Numbered from the stretch's first letter, positions 36,903 through 48,216 are shown. The stretch is 64,000 nucleotides of DNA from Clostridiales bacterium (GCA_029010715.1 JAQXKZ010000024.1:1236-65235); one strand, 5' to 3'. Numbers and translations are program-made. Notes: generated from the sequence alone by a model not told the origin.

Positions 36903-36938
36903 ATTTAAAAGGCGCAGTCGAAAGGCTGCGCCTTCTTT

Positions 36939-37015
36939 TGGTAGCGGCACCTGGATTCGAACCGGGGACACTGCGGGTATGAACCGCATGCTCTAGCCAA
37001 CTGAGCTATGCCGCC
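36939..37015 (-). tRNA. tRNA-Met (elongator type, anticodon CAU), CCA encoded
   Basis: Reverse complement: GGCGGCATAGCTCAGTTGGCTAGAGCATGCGGTTCATACCCGCAGTGTCCCCGGTTCGAATCCAGGTGCCGCTACCA. It resembles Firmicute elongator tRNA-Met. There is one C.A mismatch in the T stem. A lysidine-modified tRNA-Ile2 identity cannot be excluded from sequence alone. Confidence 0.8.
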
Positions 37016-37043
37016 ATTTTCTGTTGTCTGAACAGCAATAGGA

Positions 37044-37072
37044 ATTTTACCAGAATGTCCCCTGCTTGTCAA
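37044..37072 (-). promoter_or_regulatory. Near-consensus sigma-A promoter of the tRNA operon
   Basis: Minus strand: TTGACA, 17-nt spacer, TAAAAT. The predicted transcription start is ~20 nt upstream of the tRNA-Met 5' end. Confidence 0.7.
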
Positions 37073-37373
37073 CATAAATTTAAAATTTTTGCTATGCAAA
37101 AGTGTAGCAAAAAACAGGATGCGCCATTTTCCCGCCCCTTCGGGGCAAGCGAAAATGATGCGCAAAAACTTCATGTGCTCCGGCTTTTGCCCATGATCGT
37201 GGTGCGCAATCCTGCGTATGAAGTTTTACGCCGCAAAAAGGCCCGCACTCCGCCGCTTCCGGTCGTCCGCGTTCGTGATCCGGCCCCATAGTACCGCACG
37301 CGTGTCACGTTCATAATCAAGAAAAAACTTCTTGTACAATCTGTGAATTTTATTTTCAGCCGCGCCGAAACTA

Positions 37374-37402
37374 TTGACAAGGGACCACGGCAATGGTATA
37401 TT
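37374..37402 (+). promoter_or_regulatory. Sigma-A promoter of the hrcA-grpE-dnaK-dnaJ operon
   Basis: TTGACA (37374-37379), 17-nt spacer, TATATT (37397-37402). The -10 overlaps CIRCE. Confidence 0.7.
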
Positions 37403-37427
37403 AGCACTCGAAGGTTAAGAGTGCCAA
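37401..37427 (+). promoter_or_regulatory. CIRCE operator (HrcA binding site)
   Basis: TTAGCACTC-N9-GAGTGCCAA, one mismatch to the consensus TTAGCACTC-N9-GAGTGCTAA. Confidence 0.85.
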
Positions 37428-37471
37428 CAGACTGACGGTTGGAGTGCTAAAAAAAGTTTGGCAGGTAAGAA

Positions 37472-38563
37472 ATGACGATCAGTGACAGAAAAAAGAAAAT
37501 ACTGGCGGCAGTCGTTGACGAATACATCCGGACCGCCGAACCGGTAGGCAGCAAGGTCATCGCTCAGAACGCGGGGCTCGGCTGCTCATCTGCCACGATC
37601 AGAAATGAGCTTGCGGAGCTTGTAAGCCTCGGGTATCTCGAACAGCCGCACACCTCGGCCGGACGTATGCCGACGCCGAAGGGCTACAGACTGTACGTGA
37701 ACGAGCTGATGCAGCGCCAGAAGCTGAGCACTGAGGAGACGGAGGAGATCAACCGCCGAATGAATCAGAAGCTTCAGCAGCTCGACGACGCGATAAGCAA
37801 CATAAGCCGTCTGGCCTCGCAGCTGACCGATTATCCGGCGCTGGCCCTCACGACGCGCAGCGCCGTGACGATAAAGCGCTACGATATTATATATGTAGAC
37901 GCGAACACCTTCATCATCGTGCTGATGCTCAGCGACAATACCGTGCAGAGCAAGCTGGTGCGCCTGCCGATCTCCGTGGATCAGCGGCTGGTTCAGCGGC
38001 TCTCGTCCCTCTTCAATTCAGGCTTCACCGGAATAACGGAGGACCAGGTGACGCCGCTGCTGATAAGCTCCACGGAGCGCGCGGCCGACGATACCTGCGG
38101 CATCACATCCGTGATCTCGGCCTTCACAATAGAAGTGCTCAACGGAGCCCACACTCCTTCCTCATTCATTACCGATGAAAACAGGCTGCTCAGCCAGCCG
38201 GAGTTCAGGGACCCGGACAAAGCCCACAAGCTCATGGGTTATCTCTCCGGCGGCGGATATATCCTGCCACCGGACGAAACGATCAGCGGAGCGGGCGAGG
38301 TAAGGGTCCTGATAGGCCCGGAAAACGTGGCCGAGGAGCTCAAGGACTCCAGCGTCGTTATCGCGAGCTACGACGCCGGCGACAACACAAGGGGTCTGAT
38401 CGGCGTGGTCGGCCCAACGAGGATGGATTATTCCGCGGTGGCCGCAAAGCTGAGCTTACTTGCCGCGGGCCTTTCGAAGAGGCTGGGCGGCGGAGACACA
38501 CCCCCTGAGGGTATGCACAACAAACTGATAATAAAGGGAGATGGACACAATGAGCAAGGATAA
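37472..38563 (+). CDS. hrcA: Heat-inducible transcription repressor HrcA
   Basis: 363 aa. N-terminus RKKKILAAVVDEYIRTAEPVGSKVI. CIRCE operator upstream. Confidence 0.9.
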   Translation: MTISDRKKKILAAVVDEYIRTAEPVGSKVIAQNAGLGCSSATIRNELAELVSLGYLEQPHTSAGRMPTPKGYRLYVNELMQRQKLSTEETEEINRRMNQKLQQLDDAISNISRLASQLTDYPALALTTRSAVTIKRYDIIYVDANTFIIVLMLSDNTVQSKLVRLPISVDQRLVQRLSSLFNSGFTGITEDQVTPLLISSTERAADDTCGITSVISAFTIEVLNGAHTPSSFITDENRLLSQPEFRDPDKAHKLMGYLSGGGYILPPDETISGAGEVRVLIGPENVAEELKDSSVVIASYDAGDNTRGLIGVVGPTRMDYSAVAAKLSLLAAGLSKRLGGGDTPPEGMHNKLIIKGDGHNEQG

Positions 38564-39173
38564 GAAAACCGACGCGGCTGCACAGGAAAAAAAACTGAAG
38601 GACGAGAAGTCCACCCCCGCCGATGAGATAAAGGAAGAGACGAAACCCGAAGAGCCCGAAAAAGAGCTCCCGGAAGAGGACACGGCCAGGGAAAAGGCCG
38701 GCGGCAAGGAGTCCGGGGCCGAGGAGAAAAAGGAAGAAAGCGCACCCGATCTCAAAGCCGAGATGGCGGTGCTCACAGACAAGTATCTGCGCATCTGCGC
38801 AGAGTACGACAACTTCCGTAAGCGCAGCCAGAAGGAAAGAGACAACCTCTACGGCGACATCAAGGCCGAGACGCTCAAAAGCTTCCTTCCGGTTTACGAC
38901 AATCTGGTCCGCGCGCTGGCGCAGTCCACAGAGGACGAGGCCTACCGCAAGGGCGTAGAGATGATAATGAACCAGTTCAACTCCACCATGGATAAGCTGG
39001 GCGTGACCGAAATTGACTGTCTCGGCAAAAAGTTCGATCCCGCTTTCCACAACGCGGTAATGCACGTTGAGGACAGCGAAAAGGGCGAGAACGAGATCGT
39101 GGAGGTCTTTCAGAAGGGCTTCATGATGGGTGAAAAGGTAATACGTTTCGCGGTGGTAAAGGTCGCGAACTGA
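38550..39173 (+). CDS. grpE: Nucleotide exchange factor GrpE
   Basis: The ORF track starts at 38541. ATG 38550 is better spaced from the AAGGGAG RBS. GrpE core: YLRICAEYDNFRKRSQKE...VLPVYDNL... Confidence 0.9.
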   Translation: MSKDKKTDAAAQEKKLKDEKSTPADEIKEETKPEEPEKELPEEDTAREKAGGKESGAEEKKEESAPDLKAEMAVLTDKYLRICAEYDNFRKRSQKERDNLYGDIKAETLKSFLPVYDNLVRALAQSTEDEAYRKGVEMIMNQFNSTMDKLGVTEIDCLGKKFDPAFHNAVMHVEDSEKGENEIVEVFQKGFMMGEKVIRFAVVKVAN

Positions 39174-39280
39174 CCTGAGCTCCCTGCATGACGCCAAGCA
39201 TTAATACGGCTATTGCCGCACTGCGGTTTTAGTATATAAAAACAGTATGGAATTAATCACATATACAGGAGGAAAATACA

Positions 39281-41143
<1,863 letters not shown>

Positions 41144-41363
41144 GCCTTGATTAGGGCGAGAGCATAGAGACACACATGCTTGAGGCGGGGCGCAGGCACT
41201 CCGCCTCAACAGTGCGTATTTAAAGCAATAAGCGGTATCAGTATAACAACAGACTCCATGCACAGTCCAATGATTTTGGGGTCGGCATAGGAGGTGTGGG
41301 CAGCGCCGAGCACTGCCGTCCGGCCGTGAGCCGTGGCGTCGGCGCGGAGCCTGTGAGGACAAT

Positions 41364-42494
41364 ATGGCTGATAAAAGAGACTATTACGAAGTACTTGGCG
41401 TGAATAAAAGCGCCACAGCAGATGAGATAAAAAAAGCATACAGGAAAATCACCAAGGAGAACCATCCGGACCTTCATCCCGGCGACAAGGCCTGTGAGGA
41501 GCGCTTCAAGGAGGCCAACGAGGCCTACGAGGTGCTCTCCGACGCGGAAAAGCGCAAGAAGTACGACCAGTTCGGTCACGCGGCCTTTGACCCCAACGCG
41601 GGCTTCGGCGGCGGTGCGGGCTTTGGCGGTTTTGGCGGCTTCGGAGACCTCGGAGATATATTCGGCGACATCTTCGGCTTCGGCGGCGGCAGTGCGCGCA
41701 GTAACCCCAACGCCCCCAGAAGAGGCGAGAGCCTGAACGCCACCGTGAACATAAGCTTTGAGGAGGCCGCCTTCGGCTGCAGGAAGGAAGTCACCGTCGG
41801 ACGCGTGGAGCAGTGCCCCGACTGCAAGGGTACAGGCTGCGCCCCCGGTACGACTCCCGAGATCTGCCCTGACTGCAACGGCACAGGCAGCGTGAGGACA
41901 AATCAGCGCACGCCTTTCGGCATGGTGCAGTCCAGCAGCCCGTGCAGCAAGTGCCGCGGCACCGGCAAGATCATACACCAGCCCTGCAAGACCTGCCGCG
42001 GTATGGGTAAGATCAGGAGGCAGCACAAGCTCAGCGTTGACATTCCCGCCGGTATAGATGACGGCCAGACCTTTGCCGTCAGCGGCGCCGGCAATGCCGG
42101 TACAAACGGCGGTCCCGCCGGAGATCTGCTCGTCACCGTCCTCGTGCGTCCGCATGCACGCTTTGAGCGCGACGGCACGTCCGTGCTGCTAGAGCAGGAT
42201 ATAAGCTACGCTCAGGCTGTGCTCGGCGCAGACGTGGAGGTACCCACGCTCGACGGCAAGGTCAAGCTGAACATACCAGAGGGTACGCAGAGCGGCACGA
42301 CCTTCAGGCTCCGCGGCAAGGGTATCCCCTATGTAAGAGGCTCCGGCCGCGGCGATCAGTTCGTCACCGTGAACATCAAGGTCCCCAAAAACCTGACCGG
42401 CTCGCAGAAAGAGCTCCTGCGTCAGTTTGCCGCATCCATGGGCGATCTTGACGGAGACGCCGGAAAGACGATATTCGGCAAAAAGAAAAGATGA
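41364..42494 (+). CDS. dnaJ: Co-chaperone DnaJ (Hsp40)
   Basis: 376 aa with J domain (HPD), G/F region and four CxxCxGxG zinc motifs. Confidence 0.95.
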   Translation: MADKRDYYEVLGVNKSATADEIKKAYRKITKENHPDLHPGDKACEERFKEANEAYEVLSDAEKRKKYDQFGHAAFDPNAGFGGGAGFGGFGGFGDLGDIFGDIFGFGGGSARSNPNAPRRGESLNATVNISFEEAAFGCRKEVTVGRVEQCPDCKGTGCAPGTTPEICPDCNGTGSVRTNQRTPFGMVQSSSPCSKCRGTGKIIHQPCKTCRGMGKIRRQHKLSVDIPAGIDDGQTFAVSGAGNAGTNGGPAGDLLVTVLVRPHARFERDGTSVLLEQDISYAQAVLGADVEVPTLDGKVKLNIPEGTQSGTTFRLRGKGIPYVRGSGRGDQFVTVNIKVPKNLTGSQKELLRQFAASMGDLDGDAGKTIFGKKKR

Positions 42495-42518
42495 CATCCA
42501 CAGATAACTCTCACACAT

Positions 42519-42566
42519 AAAACTATCCCGGTCTGTTCAGATTGAACAGACCGGGATAGTTTTTTT
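42519..42566. terminator. Bidirectional terminator after dnaJ / after the convergent membrane protein gene
   Basis: 19-bp perfect stem AACTATCCCGGTCTGTTCA-GAT-TGAACAGACCGGGATAGTT followed by TTTTT, with an A run on the other side. Confidence 0.85.
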
Positions 42567-43143
42567 ATCCCTGCCGCGGCAGCTCCGCGCCATTCTCCTC
42601 GCAGACCTCTGGCTTTCCGCTTTTCCCGCCGGAAAGCGCCATGGCCTTTTCCATAGCCGTATACAGAGGCTTGAACAGTATAAGAGTCAGGGTGAAGTTC
42701 CCGGCACAGTGAATGAGGTCAAAGCTTATGCCGCTCACCCAATAGCTTACTGCCATCTCAATGCCGCCGATGAAAACAAACGGGACAGAGCAAAGCGCAC
42801 CGAAGAGCAGCCCATGCAGGCCGGCAACGGCCGCCCAGATAAACGGCGAGCGGTTGGCACGCAGCAGCACGGCCGGTACCGCGAGCAGCGGCCAAAGGTA
42901 CCAGTAGCAGAACCACCAGAGTCCGAATCCCCACACGAGTCCTTCAAGCATGACGAACACGGCCACACTGTACAGGCATTTCCAGCCGAAGAACACCGCA
43001 GTGAGTATGATAAGCACAGCGGTTAGATGAACATTCGGTATCGACGCCATCGCGACCTGCAGCGCGAACATCAGTGCCCCCATCAGCGACAGGATGCACA
43101 GCTCCTTTATTCCCTGCTCAGTATACCGAGATCGACGCTTCAT
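42565..43143 (-). CDS. Small polytopic membrane protein, ECF-transporter S-component-like
   Basis: 192 aa with ~6 TM helices, immediately downstream of and overlapping a DUF4430 gene, which is a common pairing. The assignment rests on architecture only. Confidence 0.5.
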   Translation of the reverse strand: MKRRSRYTEQGIKELCILSLMGALMFALQVAMASIPNVHLTAVLIILTAVFFGWKCLYSVAVFVMLEGLVWGFGLWWFCYWYLWPLLAVPAVLLRANRSPFIWAAVAGLHGLLFGALCSVPFVFIGGIEMAVSYWVSGISFDLIHCAGNFTLTLILFKPLYTAMEKAMALSGGKSGKPEVCEENGAELPRQG

Positions 43144-43522
43144 AATGGTCGCCGTCGGAGATCACGGTGTCGTCCACGCCGGTGTTGAGCATCTCACCGT
43201 CCTGCGTGAAGCACCACCATTCGCGTTTGGAGTCGTCAGCCTGCTCGCCGTCAATAACGGTTACATAGAGGCCGTACGCGCTCTCATTGCCTTCAATGAG
43301 GTTTTCCTGCTCCAGCGCACCCCGGAGGTTTTCCGAGTCCGTACCGATGGTAAACTCCCTGACCGCGCCGTCGGAATGGGTCACCTCAAACACGATGGTC
43401 TTGTCAAAGTCGCTGCCCTGCGGCGTAAACACAAAATACGCAGCGGCAAACGCAACCACAAGCAGCGCAAGGATTACACCCAGTATTATCTTTGTCTTTT
43501 TATTTGACATCAGCTTCACCAA
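43118..43522 (-). CDS. DUF4430-domain (transcobalamin-like fold) membrane-anchored protein
   Basis: 134 aa. N-terminal anchor KIILGVILALLVVAFAAAYFVF, then ...GLYVTVIDGEQADDSKREWWCFTQDGEMLNTGVDDTVISDGDHYE. The start is uncertain (TTG 43522, GTG 43519 or ATG 43510). Confidence 0.6.
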   Translation of the reverse strand: MVKLMSNKKTKIILGVILALLVVAFAAAYFVFTPQGSDFDKTIVFEVTHSDGAVREFTIGTDSENLRGALEQENLIEGNESAYGLYVTVIDGEQADDSKREWWCFTQDGEMLNTGVDDTVISDGDHYEASISVY

Positions 43523-43545
43523 TCTCCCGTCTTACAGCTGTCATC

Positions 43546-44877
43546 TCAGCCCTGAGGCTGGCCGCTCTGACCGTTTCCCTTGGGTCTGGGCTTGCCGTGA
43601 TAGTAGCGGCGGCGGCTGCCGCGGCGCGCGGCGCCCTCCTTGCCTGCCGCAGGTGTCTCCCGGTGCGGCTGGGCTTCCTTCTGCTGCTGGGCCGTATTCT
43701 GTGCCTTGGCCTCGACGCGGACGGTACGTCCCTTGCCGCGGCTGCCGCCATGTTTGCCTTGGCGCGGCTGCTTGCTTTCACTACGGCGCTCCGCACCCTC
43801 GGTTTTAGGCTCGGCTTTTACCTCAACCTTGACTTCCGTCTTACCGGACGCCTCCTCCTTCGGCTGGCGCGGCTTTCTCTGACTGCCGCGGCCGCGGCGG
43901 TTGCCGCCGGACGCCTTCCTTGGCTCCTCCTGCGCCGGCTCGGGCTTTTCCTCTAACGTCACAAGCATGGGGACATCCCACGGATCCTCGGTCTCTTCAG
44001 GCTCCTGCTCGGGTTCCGGTACATAATTCAGTACCGACGGAGGAGTTTCCCCGTCCTTCGGCCGCCCGCCCGGAACGGCGCAGAGCTCGTTGGGTTTATA
44101 GCTGCGCAGCGAGTCGTCGCTGTCGCCGTCAAGCTTGACCTTCACGGTCTGGCGCAGAAGATTGACCTGCACGGCCGTGCCGTAGCCGTCCTTGGTCTCG
44201 ACAAAGGCGCCCTGCTTCGGGACCTTCTTTATAAGGTCCTCATAAGCCTCCTGCTCGTAGCGCAGGCAGCACATGAGCCGGCCGCAGCTTCCCGAGATCT
44301 TTGTAGGATTGAGAGAGAGCGACTGTATCTTTGCCATCTTCGTGGACACAGGCTGGAAATCGTCCAGAAACTGGCTGCAGCAGTAGGGCCGGCCGCATAT
44401 GCCTATGCCGCCGATCATCTTCGCCTCGTCTCTGACGCCGATCTGACGCAGCTCTATACGGTTGCGGAAGATACCGGCAAGGTCCTTGACCAGACCGCGG
44501 AAGTCGACACGTCCGTCCGAGGTGAAAAAGAACATGGTCTTGGTGCCCTCGAAGTTGCATTCGACGTCCACAAGCTTCATGTCCAGCTCATGCTCGGCGA
44601 TCTTTTTCTGGCAGATCTCAAATGCTTCCTTTTCGCGCTGGACATTGAGCTGAGCCACGCGCAGGTCGTCCCTGGTAGCAATACGGACCACGGGCCGCAG
44701 CGGCTGCACGACAGCATCATCCGCAACGGGATGGTTGCCGCGGCAGCAATCAGCCATCTCCAGCCCCCTGGAGGTCTCGACAATGACCTTATCGCCGCTG
44801 TTCACGGTCAGCCCGTTTGGAGAAAAGAAATAACACTTCCCCCTGTTTTTGAATTTAACGCTAACTACATCTATCAA
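43546..44877 (-). CDS. ricT: PSP1-domain protein RicT/YaaT with a long basic low-complexity C-terminal extension
   Basis: 443 aa. The first ~270 aa are YaaT-like (VVSVKFKNRGKCYFF..., GICGRPYCCSQFL, SCGRLMCCLRYE). The remainder is K/R/E/G/P-rich. 4-nt overlap with holB. Confidence 0.8.
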   Translation of the reverse strand: MIDVVSVKFKNRGKCYFFSPNGLTVNSGDKVIVETSRGLEMADCCRGNHPVADDAVVQPLRPVVRIATRDDLRVAQLNVQREKEAFEICQKKIAEHELDMKLVDVECNFEGTKTMFFFTSDGRVDFRGLVKDLAGIFRNRIELRQIGVRDEAKMIGGIGICGRPYCCSQFLDDFQPVSTKMAKIQSLSLNPTKISGSCGRLMCCLRYEQEAYEDLIKKVPKQGAFVETKDGYGTAVQVNLLRQTVKVKLDGDSDDSLRSYKPNELCAVPGGRPKDGETPPSVLNYVPEPEQEPEETEDPWDVPMLVTLEEKPEPAQEEPRKASGGNRRGRGSQRKPRQPKEEASGKTEVKVEVKAEPKTEGAERRSESKQPRQGKHGGSRGKGRTVRVEAKAQNTAQQQKEAQPHRETPAAGKEGAARRGSRRRYYHGKPRPKGNGQSGQPQG

Positions 44878-45692
44878 TTACTGTTTCCTCTGTTTCCGCC
44901 GCCGGCTATGGAATCCACAGCCAGCAGGCCAAATATATGCTTTACGCCCGCATTGACCCGGAGTCTTGCGGCGCATTCATCCATCAGGCCGTGCAGTCTG
45001 AGCATGTCCGCGCGTGAAATCGGGTGTGATTTACGGCGTGAGCAGAGCATGTCCGCAAGCAGCCGGCCCGTGCAGTCCACAAAATCAGCCGCGGTACGGC
45101 CGTCCATGCCCTCGTTCGCGGCGCACCAGCGCAGCAGCTTCGCCCTGTCGCCCGAGGCGACGGCCTTCAGGTACTCCCCGGCGAGGTCCTGCAGCCCGCT
45201 ATCCTCCTGCGTCTGCCCGCCGCCCTTGCAGATATACTCGGCACAGCGCGAGCGCACAGTCGGCAGCAGCTGCATGGCGTTGGTGGTACACAGCAGGAAT
45301 ACCACGCCCGCCGGCGGCTCCTCCAGCAGCTTGAGCGCCGCGTTCTGCGCGGAAGCGTTCATCGTCTCCGCCTGATCTATTATATACACCTTGCGGCCCG
45401 CCTCATTCGGCAGGACGCTCGCATCGGCTGTCACGGCGCGTATCTGATCCACGCCTATCTCGCGTTTAAGCCTGCCCTTGTCGTCCTGAAGCCGCCCGAC
45501 GGTAATTATATCCGGGTGGACGTGTCCGGCCGCCTTGCGGCAGTCGCGGCACACACCGCAGGGACGCGGCCCGTCAGAGCCGCATACGGCAGCGGCGGCA
45601 AGCCTGTCTGCCGCGGCAAGCGCCTGCTCCCTCGAGGGCGCAGAGATAAGGCAGGCATGGGGAACGGCCTTCTGTTGATTAAACTGACTCAC
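44874..45692 (-). CDS. holB: DNA polymerase III subunit delta prime
   Basis: 272 aa. HACLISAP..., CGVCRDCRK zinc module, VVFLLCTTNAMQLLPTVRSRC (SRC motif). Confidence 0.8.
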   Translation of the reverse strand: MSQFNQQKAVPHACLISAPSREQALAAADRLAAAAVCGSDGPRPCGVCRDCRKAAGHVHPDIITVGRLQDDKGRLKREIGVDQIRAVTADASVLPNEAGRKVYIIDQAETMNASAQNAALKLLEEPPAGVVFLLCTTNAMQLLPTVRSRCAEYICKGGGQTQEDSGLQDLAGEYLKAVASGDRAKLLRWCAANEGMDGRTAADFVDCTGRLLADMLCSRRKSHPISRADMLRLHGLMDECAARLRVNAGVKHIFGLLAVDSIAGGGNRGNSN

Positions 45693-45755
45693 AGTCCTTC
45701 CCCCTGACCTGATTTATCATTGTATTTTAGCTTTTTTCCCGCGAAGCGTCAAGCC

Positions 45756-46622
45756 TCACTCCACGGTGATGAGCTCGTATTCGCGGGAACCGACGCCGAG
45801 GGACGCGGCCGCCTCAATGGTATGAACACCGTTGCGCGACTCTATGCGCTTGAGCATGAGCGGCTTGCCGGGGTCGTCGCTGGCATAGACGAGGTCTATG
45901 CAGGCCTGATCCACGGCCACGGGGTCGTCAGAAATCAGCATACCGATGTCGGCCATGCATGGATCCTTGGCCGCCGAGACACAGTCACAGTCTACGGACA
46001 GGTTCTTCATGACGTTTATATAAACGGCCCTGCCGCTGAAATAGCCGGCGACAGCGGAGGCCGCGTCTGCCATGGATTCCAGAAATCTGTCATGGTCGGC
46101 GGTCCATATATCCTCAACCTTTCCGGCGCCGTGGATGTATGCCTTGCCGAAGGCGGAGGCCATGCCTATAGACAGCTGCTTGAGTGCGCCGCCGTATCCG
46201 CCCATCGGGTGTCCCTTGAAATGCGACAGGACGAGCAGCGAGTCGTAATTGGCGAGATTCCTGCCTACATAATCCTGCCTGATAACCTTGCCGCCGGGGA
46301 TATCCAGCACCATGTCAGGGCCCTCGTCATCCAGCAGGTCTACCTTGAAGTAATGGCTCCAGCCGTGGAGCTCAAGCGTTTTCCAATGTCTTTCGGAGGT
46401 GTTGCGGCCGCCGTCATACGCGGTGTTGCACTCGACAACGGTTCCGCCCACATGGCTGATGACCGGCTGCCAGAACTCGGGTCTGAGGAAGTTCCGGTTT
46501 CCCACCTCTCCCGAATGTACCTTTATGGCTGTATTACCGGCAAGCTTTTTGCCGAGAAGCTCGTAGAGCTCAACAAGCTTCTCCGGACTGATGGTCCTGG
46601 TAAAATATACTTTTGATTTCAT
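45756..46622 (-). CDS. DUF362-domain protein
   Basis: 288 aa. N-terminus KVYFTRTISPEKLVELYELLGKKL...IKVHSGE, as remembered for DUF362 proteins. Confidence 0.6.
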   Translation of the reverse strand: MKSKVYFTRTISPEKLVELYELLGKKLAGNTAIKVHSGEVGNRNFLRPEFWQPVISHVGGTVVECNTAYDGGRNTSERHWKTLELHGWSHYFKVDLLDDEGPDMVLDIPGGKVIRQDYVGRNLANYDSLLVLSHFKGHPMGGYGGALKQLSIGMASAFGKAYIHGAGKVEDIWTADHDRFLESMADAASAVAGYFSGRAVYINVMKNLSVDCDCVSAAKDPCMADIGMLISDDPVAVDQACIDLVYASDDPGKPLMLKRIESRNGVHTIEAAASLGVGSREYELITVE

Positions 46623-46941
46623 ATCGGCGCTCCTTTCTCGTCCGTGTCATTATCGCAAATGCTGTTTGCTCTCAGTTTTTCTTATTTAGTAATAATTATA
46701 TAATAATGCCTGCACATCTTTTCTGTCAAGTAGACCTTCCGACGATAAGCGTCCGGCGGCCCGCGCCACATTTATAAAGGCCGAGGCGCACATTCTGCCG
46801 CCGGAACATGCCGGGAGAATCTGCTCCCGGCGAATTGCGCGCTCCTGCCTTAAAATTCTTGCCATAAGATGTATATATAGGGTATAATAACAACAGTATG
46901 CACCTGCGTACCTACAGATAAAAGCAGAAAGAAGGATACAC

Positions 46942-47880
46942 ATGCCGATGACTTCCGCCGCAGCGTGGCTGAATGAATTTTTCTCCGGATATGACTCCGC
47001 CATCCTCTCCTTTATGCACTCGCTGGCCTCCGCTGCCGGCGGCGTGCTCAACCCTTTGATGAAGGCCGTCACGTTTCTGGGTGAAAAGGGTATAATTTTT
47101 TTCCTGCTGGCACTGATATTCATGTGCTTCGCAAGCGAGCGCGATACCGGCGTGTGCGTATTCGGTGCGGTATGCTGCGGCGCGCTCATAACTAACATCA
47201 TACTCAAAGACAGCATAGCCCGGCCAAGGCCGTTCGAGTCCGTCGACCAGTTCCGCGACTGGTGGATATTCGTCGGCTCCCCGTTCGAGGACGGCTTCTC
47301 GTTTCCCTCCGGGCATGTTACCGCCGCGGCTGCAGGTATGACGGCTCTGAGCCTGATGAAAGGCAAAAAGCTCGTCATCCCCTCTGTCATAGTCGTGCTG
47401 CTGATGGCCGTATCCCGCAACTATCTTATGGCTCACTATCCCTCCGACGTGCTCGTCGCGGCCGTAATAGGCGTGGCTTCGGGCTTTATCGCATGGGTCA
47501 TTACACGTTTCATATTCCGTTTTCTTGAGGACCGCCGCGACAGCATGCCTCTGGCCGAGCTCGTGCTGGACTTTGACATACGCGAGCTGCTCCCCTTTGA
47601 GCTTCCGTTTACAGGCGCAGCGAGGGCTTCCGCAAGGACGGCCGGCGACGCCGGACAGGCGTCCGTCCGCCGCACGGCGCGGCACGATGCAGATTCGCGC
47701 GCCGTGGATGGGGATGCCCGCCGAAGCAGGGCTTCCGCCGAAGATGGGCGTGGCGGCGGGCGCGCCGCAGAGCCCCAGCGCCGCAGAACATCCGCGGGCG
47801 GAAAGCATCTGAGCAGCAGCGCGTCCCGTTCCAGATTCACTTTGCCCGGGACATACAGGGGCAAGCACGAAAAGCGTTGA
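46942..47880 (+). CDS. PAP2-family membrane phosphatase with Arg-rich C-terminal tail
   Basis: 312 aa. The tripartite PAP2 motif is present: KDSIARPRP / PSGH / SRNYLMAHYPSD. Confidence 0.8.
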   Translation: MPMTSAAAWLNEFFSGYDSAILSFMHSLASAAGGVLNPLMKAVTFLGEKGIIFFLLALIFMCFASERDTGVCVFGAVCCGALITNIILKDSIARPRPFESVDQFRDWWIFVGSPFEDGFSFPSGHVTAAAAGMTALSLMKGKKLVIPSVIVVLLMAVSRNYLMAHYPSDVLVAAVIGVASGFIAWVITRFIFRFLEDRRDSMPLAELVLDFDIRELLPFELPFTGAARASARTAGDAGQASVRRTARHDADSRAVDGDARRSRASAEDGRGGGRAAEPQRRRTSAGGKHLSSSASRSRFTLPGTYRGKHEKR

Positions 47881-47962
47881 GCAGGCCTCATGCCCCCGCT
47901 CCGGGGCGAAAACGCGGCTTAACGCCGTTTTCAGACTCAGAGCTGTTCTTTACCGGCTCACA

Positions 47963-47998
47963 TCTGCCCCGGTTTTGCAGGCCGGGGCAGAATTATTT
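47963..47998 (+). terminator. Terminator downstream of the PAP2 gene
   Basis: TCTGCCCCGG...CCGGGGCAGA followed by ATTATTTT. Confidence 0.55.
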
Positions 47999-48188
47999 TG
48001 CACCATGCAATATATTGTAATACTGTTTTCCGATTATAAGCTTTAGTCGGAGAGCGCCCGCGCGCTCACGCACACTCGCACTGTGCCAACGCCCGCCGTC
48101 TCATGCAGAATTCGACGCGCCTCCGGCGCTATAAAAAGCTGTTAAGGAATTCCAGTATAAATAATGCTCCGGTCCGGCCGCGCCAATG

Positions 48189-48216
48189 TTGAATTTTCCA
48201 GCATTTGTGCTATACT
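48189..48216 (+). promoter_or_regulatory. Sigma-A promoter of htpG (extended -10)
   Basis: TTGAAT, 16-nt spacer, TGcTATACT. No CIRCE or CtsR-like repeat was seen nearby. Confidence 0.6.

Noticed and set aside
36522-36989. ORFs 36522..36989(-), 36574..36888(-) and 36905..37174(-) spanning the tRNA genes.
   Set aside because: They read through two clear tRNA genes and their terminator. They are artefacts.
41144-41363. The 220-nt dnaK-dnaJ spacer, with hairpin TTGAGGCGG...CCGCCTCAA (about 41183..41213) and a small overlapping ORF.
   Set aside because: A partial terminator between dnaK and dnaJ is a common feature of this operon. The small ORF has no independent support. It is not considered novel.
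46686-47868. ORFs 46686..47420(-), 46912..47868(-) and 47436..47891(-) opposite the PAP2 gene and its promoter region.
   Set aside because: The plus-strand ORF has the complete tripartite PAP2 motif. The antisense ORFs have no motifs and have biased composition.
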